DNA from: Candidatus Thorarchaeota archaeon
GTDB taxonomy: Archaea > Asgardarchaeota > Thorarchaeia > Thorarchaeales > Thorarchaeaceae
Length of the DNA stretch: 64,000 nt
Assembly: GCA_048884785.1 (NCBI GenBank)
Contig: JBHLQM010000001.1
Span: 18,476-82,475 of the forward strand
Direction: 5' to 3'
Below the pieces are notes generated by a model, which was not told where the DNA came from, ran no database searches, and was given only the letters and a program-made list of their open reading frames with translations. The position numbers and the translations under genes are program-made. Positions 60,001-64,000 of this stretch are shown here, piece by piece. Positions within the stretch are counted from its first letter, which is position 1. The number at the start of each line of letters is the position of its first letter.

Positions 60001-61622
60001 GAGTCAAGGTAAAGTCCTGTACTATTGATAATCTCCCCGGAACCAGCTGTAATCAATTCGCTCCCCCAAAGAGTGCCATTAGGTAAATATAGAGAGACAT
60101 TCACCGGATCATCAATAATTGGATTTTCAGTTGAAAAACCAATGGTTGTTGATGAACGAATGTATTCAGATGTACTGAAAACAGTTTGGTTAGTCCATGG
60201 TCCTGTTCCTGTTGTGCTTTCTTGAGAGGAAATTGCTTTCAGGTAATTTTTGGCATCTAGTTTCACTACCCACCAACCTAGAACATATAGTTGATTAGAA
60301 GGAATCCTGACAAAATCAGGATATATGACGCAATTACTTGTCACATCCGTGAGGAATGGATTGAGAACAGTAACATTTTCCCAATCGCTGGGATAGTAGA
60401 TGATTATAGACGAGTTTTCCAATTCTAAAAGACTTCCAAAATAGGTGTAGAGACCCAACGATATCCCAGATCCAGTTTCTGCAATAAATGAAACACCCTG
60501 AGAACTTGGATTGAGTTCATAAGTAGAATTAATGTAACGGTGATTAAGGATAGAAGCATTATAATCAAAGGAAACTGGAAGGGTTGATGTAAGTTCTATA
60601 GGCACATCTTCTGTCCACAACGATGAGTTGGATATACTTGCAGCCCCAAAACTTGTTCCTGTCACATCGGTGACTGCGCTATTAATATGGAAATCAATGT
60701 CGAGGTCATCAAAATCTGGAGCAGTCTGGCCTACCAATCGAATGTTGTCAAGAGTAAATTCGATGAATTGCTGACTGTGGGTCACATTAGCATCGAAATA
60801 GAGGCCAATTCTGAATTCAAATTGACCACTAAATCCTGAGAAATCAAGGAGAAGATCACCTGTACTATATGGCACTCCAACTTCTAGATTGCTTGCAGTA
60901 ACATTCCAAATCAATGTATCATTTGCCAAGACTCTTAGTGCTACATTCTCATTCAGTGGACCTTTATCGTAGGAATAGTCCAGGCTAAAGATAAATTGGT
61001 CCAAATGTGGAGTGTTTGTCACATTTTGAATCCAGTAGACATAACTTCCTTCTCGAAACTTATAATTGCCTGGAGTCCCAGGACCCTTACTTCTCACTGC
61101 TATCGTTTCCTGGCTTCCATCAGCTGTGTATCTCCTTATGTATTCTGTAATCATTTGCTGGCTTGCATCAGATGAGTAACTGATTGCATCCCAACCATAA
61201 GGAGCAAATGCGGCATTTCCAGTTGGGTTAGTATTCACACCTACAATTCCATCATCTAGACTTCCGTTTGCGATGTATAACCTCTCTAGATTCCAGAGAT
61301 TAACATAGGCCTTGCTTCCTACCCAGTCGTTTGCGGAATCAACTTCTAAGGAGGATGTCAAACCGGCATTGGCAGCAGAATCGGCAGGGGTTGTTTGAGT
61401 GGTCCAGTTGCCTCTCTGTTCAATCGTAAGCGGTTCGAGAATGCCAGATACTATATGCTCTGCAATTAAATGATTGTTAAAAGTTGGACTGATGTTCTGT
61501 AGTGAATCTGTTGTCAGAGATGAAGAATCATTATTGATTTGAGAGTTTGAGGAATTAGGGATAGGTATAGAGCCCACTAAAAAGAGTACTACCAGTATGG
61601 TTAATCCAATCCTCACTCTCAT
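57021..61622 (-). CDS. Large single-pass surface protein: Ig-like repeats + TM + cytoplasmic longin/roadblock-like domain
   Basis: Signal MRVRIGLTILVVLFLVG; repeated GxGxY(x)L Ig-like units; TM YGYPAIGVAATLILLGSVV; cytoplasmic LLGMLILHKKSGLPFYS...GMLSAFISAVTHF. Confidence 0.87.
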   Translation of the reverse strand: MRVRIGLTILVVLFLVGSIPIPNSSNSQINNDSSSLTTDSLQNISPTFNNHLIAEHIVSGILEPLTIEQRGNWTTQTTPADSAANAGLTSSLEVDSANDWVGSKAYVNLWNLERLYIANGSLDDGIVGVNTNPTGNAAFAPYGWDAISYSSDASQQMITEYIRRYTADGSQETIAVRSKGPGTPGNYKFREGSYVYWIQNVTNTPHLDQFIFSLDYSYDKGPLNENVALRVLANDTLIWNVTASNLEVGVPYSTGDLLLDFSGFSGQFEFRIGLYFDANVTHSQQFIEFTLDNIRLVGQTAPDFDDLDIDFHINSAVTDVTGTSFGAASISNSSLWTEDVPIELTSTLPVSFDYNASILNHRYINSTYELNPSSQGVSFIAETGSGISLGLYTYFGSLLELENSSIIIYYPSDWENVTVLNPFLTDVTSNCVIYPDFVRIPSNQLYVLGWWVVKLDAKNYLKAISSQESTTGTGPWTNQTVFSTSEYIRSSTTIGFSTENPIIDDPVNVSLYLPNGTLWGSELITAGSGEIINSTGLYLDSSNTTAGTWTLAAIWNNGTEVAFGEVNFEVHHQSELVVVNSLIETEGGGVVTNAVRFRDIESNKFIMDPAASILANWSEYAITFIPNLIQNWWEGTFDTSILLPGEHVVIVNASSQYYDQASTSFVIQVIAPDNNVQVTATAAEAYLQSPLTATFNFTDRYGVGIENSDFDISYTGPSNGLSWSSINELGLGNYELDFVANVSGNYAIKITSSKPFYEDAEDAFILIVGEYGSSLTSLNGTAGIVRYGESYRLVVQYENLTGAGLSGASVSVVSVSPETGLAYGSVVDMGNGDYSLILTPQATGAYTVLIEAVAINHEAQFYSFTITSTFIPTELTLQASSEIIAIDAQCIVTLTFTNESLVGLGGATISYPSLPEGISISSVTYLGTGQYRVNITPSKLGDFQIRFRAHLDNHNDATTTFSLSVVRIPTRLSIETPLSEYSTQFGQTLRVTLLYQRLNLLGEPISSVVGADFLFLVDDHEGFIGSVISEDDHYVLLLSGEFIGSWSFTLIANKTDYLQRELSLTFTLKSVSTVLSEADELICYYGRTYWSIFNYTFESNGTGISGAQLQASRGGSEWITWEDIGDGIYNVSLTPLDFGPYTVEIEFSKDGFQRKIGELSFEVSQIPIAINYSAITWLKGDPLTVSIRLMEEDTHLLITDALVTCTLYLGTTPLAEWLLIYVGAGTYNGTLGSTNLWADSTEMYVLIEIDKNNFYASPTSIQVNGVTNPVREAELFLITYGYPAIGVAATLILLGSVVRVRRKREAKLWMEAVEVKSRFDDANNLLGMLILHKKSGLPFYSKILKGGFEEGMLSAFISAVTHFRGEFEHNGEGGSEWRITPISDIIRAVETKNLICAFVTLTSPSLIQEANMLIFSRTVGMKLDDEMQEPPTAFRHDKTAMWVDKMFDKHLDAGLLKLHSLINKKSLPRKYRPLEEARAVEGCGDQFHLSELSRGLQKLGMEEAKTYYLIMAAMEAGFLQMIDENNKNNKSVE

Positions 61623-61773
61623 TACTTGCCCCTCGTAGTCGGTCAAGTATGAATCTTTCAGCTCGTTGAGTGTCTGGTACTTGTCTTTGTCTGATTAATT
61701 GGTGGTTATATACAAAATGTGTATAGCTCTCTTCCAAAAAATGGAAAGGCTTCAACTTTCATTTCTAGAAGAT

Positions 61774-62592
61774 TCATTCGCCGTTAGAAACAATCCTTCC
61801 TTGGGCAATTACATCGTGCTTGTGAATACTCTCCAGAGACCTTGCCTCTGCGTACATCTCCAACTGTCTATCTTTATAGGTTTCATTGGCATTTTGGAGA
61901 ATGCCTCTGCATACATCTTCGACGAATAGGGGGTTCTCATGCATCTTTTTTGTTACATGAACCTCATCCTCCAGTTTGAGCAGAGAATAGGTTTTGCTTG
62001 AGAAGGAGCTCTCGACAACTTCAATCATGGAACCATAGGATGGCACCTGGTCCGTTGGTCCAATGATTCTGAGGGTTCCAATTGCCCGTTGCATGTGAGT
62101 CAGGCCGCCATTGTTGGCCATGCAGTGCGGGCACACGGTATTTCCAGTCACTTTTACAGAAATGTCATGGATAGTTTCCTTCCCGTTCTCCATTGTTGTA
62201 ATTGCAGAGATATCACATACCTCCCATGTTCGTTTCATTGAAACAGGAGTCTTGCTTGTGTAGCCAAATTCGAAATCAAACTTGATTTCGGCTCGTTGGA
62301 AACTATGTTTCTTCCGCAAGGCTTCAAGGATATGGATCTGAATCTCCTCGATTGATTTATGAACACTGAATTCATCACTTATGACTTCAGTCATCGACTC
62401 TACCAGACGAGACATATGAATACCTTTGAACTCAGCAGGAAGGTCAATGGTCATCTCCACCTGAGGTATAATATGATGCCTCAGGCCTCCTTTTTCAGTG
62501 ATTATGAAGGTCTTGAGATTCTTGACCCCCACCTTCTTTAGCTGAATTCGATGCCTAGGTTTTTCGTCTTGAGTGTCGACTATCAGTTTCAA
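61774..62592 (-). CDS. folE2: GTP cyclohydrolase IB/IV (FolE2/MptA family)
   Basis: KGIHMSRL, TVCP, THMQRA, NPLFVEDVCR, ESIHKHD. Confidence 0.88.
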   Translation of the reverse strand: MKLIVDTQDEKPRHRIQLKKVGVKNLKTFIITEKGGLRHHIIPQVEMTIDLPAEFKGIHMSRLVESMTEVISDEFSVHKSIEEIQIHILEALRKKHSFQRAEIKFDFEFGYTSKTPVSMKRTWEVCDISAITTMENGKETIHDISVKVTGNTVCPHCMANNGGLTHMQRAIGTLRIIGPTDQVPSYGSMIEVVESSFSSKTYSLLKLEDEVHVTKKMHENPLFVEDVCRGILQNANETYKDRQLEMYAEARSLESIHKHDVIAQGRIVSNGE

Positions 62593-62684
62593 TCGCCTCA
62601 GTAAGAATCAGTTTTTCAATAGCCATGAACGATACTATGCGCAAATTGCTCCCCCTTTTAGCTTTACGTTTCGGCGAAGGTGGA

Positions 62685-63167
62685 TCATTTCATTTCATTC
62701 GAGGAGAAACAGGCAGTTGAACCTACGCTTTCGCTTACGCAGACTGATACCTTCAATGAAGTAGGAAAACCGAGCGATGTGAATATGTATTCGGCTAGTA
62801 ACTCAGCAGTGGTTGCATGAATTGGAAGGATTTTACAGTCATCCGAAGGGAATCTGTAGGTTTTCCCCTCAGCATAGACAATAATGGAGTCTTCTTCTTC
62901 CTCCAGTTCAATAATTGGGGAATGCCCTGGAAGGAGAATTTTGTGATCCAGAGTTTTACACACCTTGGCTACAGCATTCTTGACAACTCGGAAATCGAGG
63001 ACCATTCCTAGTTCATCCAACGCTCCGGCTATAACTACCTCCACAGCATAGTTGTGGCCATGTAATGCTTCACAAACACCACCACTGACAACAAAATGAG
63101 CTGAGCTGAATGACATCTTCGGGTGAGATACTCGGATACTATGCATGTTTTTTTCCTCTTTTGCCAC
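62685..63167 (-). CDS. queD: 6-carboxy-5,6,7,8-tetrahydropterin synthase (QueD/PTPS family)
   Basis: FSSAHF, CEALHGHNY, LDHK, TTAELLAEYI, VSES. Confidence 0.87.
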   Translation of the reverse strand: MAKEEKNMHSIRVSHPKMSFSSAHFVVSGGVCEALHGHNYAVEVVIAGALDELGMVLDFRVVKNAVAKVCKTLDHKILLPGHSPIIELEEEEDSIIVYAEGKTYRFPSDDCKILPIHATTAELLAEYIFTSLGFPTSLKVSVCVSESVGSTACFSSNEMK

Positions 63168-63196
63168 TTGGGTGCTTTTCGAGTATAAGCTTAGTG

Positions 63197-64000
63197 CTAT
63201 TCCTCTTGAGAACGTACTCTCTGGTTCTCAAATAGGTCTATTAAATCAGCAACAGTTGTTGCCTGTGTAGAATCTTTGTCATCCCGCCATCTTCCTGTAA
63301 ATCGAGGGAATCTGATTGCCAATCCGCCTCCTGGGATTTGGCCTCTCCCGGCATGATGAGTAGGACTGATGGTTATCTCATCACCCAGTACTTCAATCAC
63401 TTCCTTGGGTTCAAACCAAACATCTGCTTTCACATCAGACTGCACTTTGGGATTCATTTTCTCTATCTTGATTTTGTCCAATCGCTCTTTGAACTCCACT
63501 AGTAATTCATCTGTGAAACCTGTGCCAATCTTGCACACCGTGGGATATGTGTCGTTTATAGGATCGTAGGCGGATGCAAGGATTACACCATAAACACCGG
63601 TTCGCTTACCTCTTCCGTACATTGCCCCAACGACAACAAGATCAACAGAATCGGCCATACCCTCCTTGTATGATGCCTTCAATTTAATCCACAGCCAGCT
63701 GCGGGATCCTGCTTGGTATGTCGATCCTTCATGCAATGCTTTTGCGATGATACCTTCATGACCTGATTCAAGAGCCTCGGTGAAAACCTGATCCAAGCGG
63801 TCAGGCTCATCTAGGACTTCGCCAGACGTTAGTGCAACCTCGCGGCATGGTTTGATTGCCTTCTCTAATAGCTGCCTTCGTTTCATCATCGGGTAGGATG
63901 TGACATCCTTGTCTTTGAGGAAGAGGATATCGAATAGGCGAAGTACAACGGGGACCTCTTTCTTCATCTCTTTGATTCCAGTCTTGCGCCTTCTTCGCAT
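63197..64000 (-). CDS. lig: ATP-dependent DNA ligase (5' partial; C-terminal adenylation and OB domains)
   Basis: LFDIL, EGIIAK, WIKLK, DLVVVG..GRGKR, CKIGTGF, AIRFPRF...RDDK. Confidence 0.96.
   Translation of the reverse strand: MRRRRKTGIKEMKKEVPVVLRLFDILFLKDKDVTSYPMMKRRQLLEKAIKPCREVALTSGEVLDEPDRLDQVFTEALESGHEGIIAKALHEGSTYQAGSRSWLWIKLKASYKEGMADSVDLVVVGAMYGRGKRTGVYGVILASAYDPINDTYPTVCKIGTGFTDELLVEFKERLDKIKIEKMNPKVQSDVKADVWFEPKEVIEVLGDEITISPTHHAGRGQIPGGGLAIRFPRFTGRWRDDKDSTQATTVADLIDLFENQRVRSQEE

Noticed and set aside
1-64000. CRISPR array, tRNA/rRNA, transposase, integrase or prophage
   Set aside because: No regularly spaced direct repeats, cloverleaf or rRNA-like tracts, or recombinase/transposase motifs were seen by eye; tRNAscan and Infernal were not run.

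Overview
Gene-dense archaeal chromosomal window, most consistent with an Asgard archaeon (Thorarchaeia-like). That assignment is inferred from a Rab-like small GTPase, an archaeal-type ATP-dependent ligase, MetRS and RecJ/Cdc45-like protein, GGTGA/GGAGG ribosome-binding sites, frequent TTG/GTG starts, and large Ig-like surface proteins, one with a cytoplasmic longin/roadblock-like domain. It carries a bacterial-type NER cluster with two full-length tandem uvrA paralogues (uvrB-uvrA-uvrA-uvrC), purine salvage genes (PRTase, MTAP) behind a PRMT-like methyltransferase, and a sugar isomerase/dehydrogenase/FGGY kinase/class II aldolase cluster with two stand-alone SCP2 lipid-binding genes. Also present are folE2/queD, metG, a surface-anchored phospholipase D, an M3 oligopeptidase and many TPR, zinc-ribbon and membrane hypotheticals. 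Reading the intergenic gaps gave four small ORFs absent from the ORF track: a 31-aa Asp/Trp peptide, a 59-aa ferredoxin, a 52-aa zinc ribbon and a 50-aa peptide followed by a GC-rich triple hairpin. No rRNA, tRNA, CRISPR array or transposase was recognised. All calls come from motif reading by eye; no database search was run.
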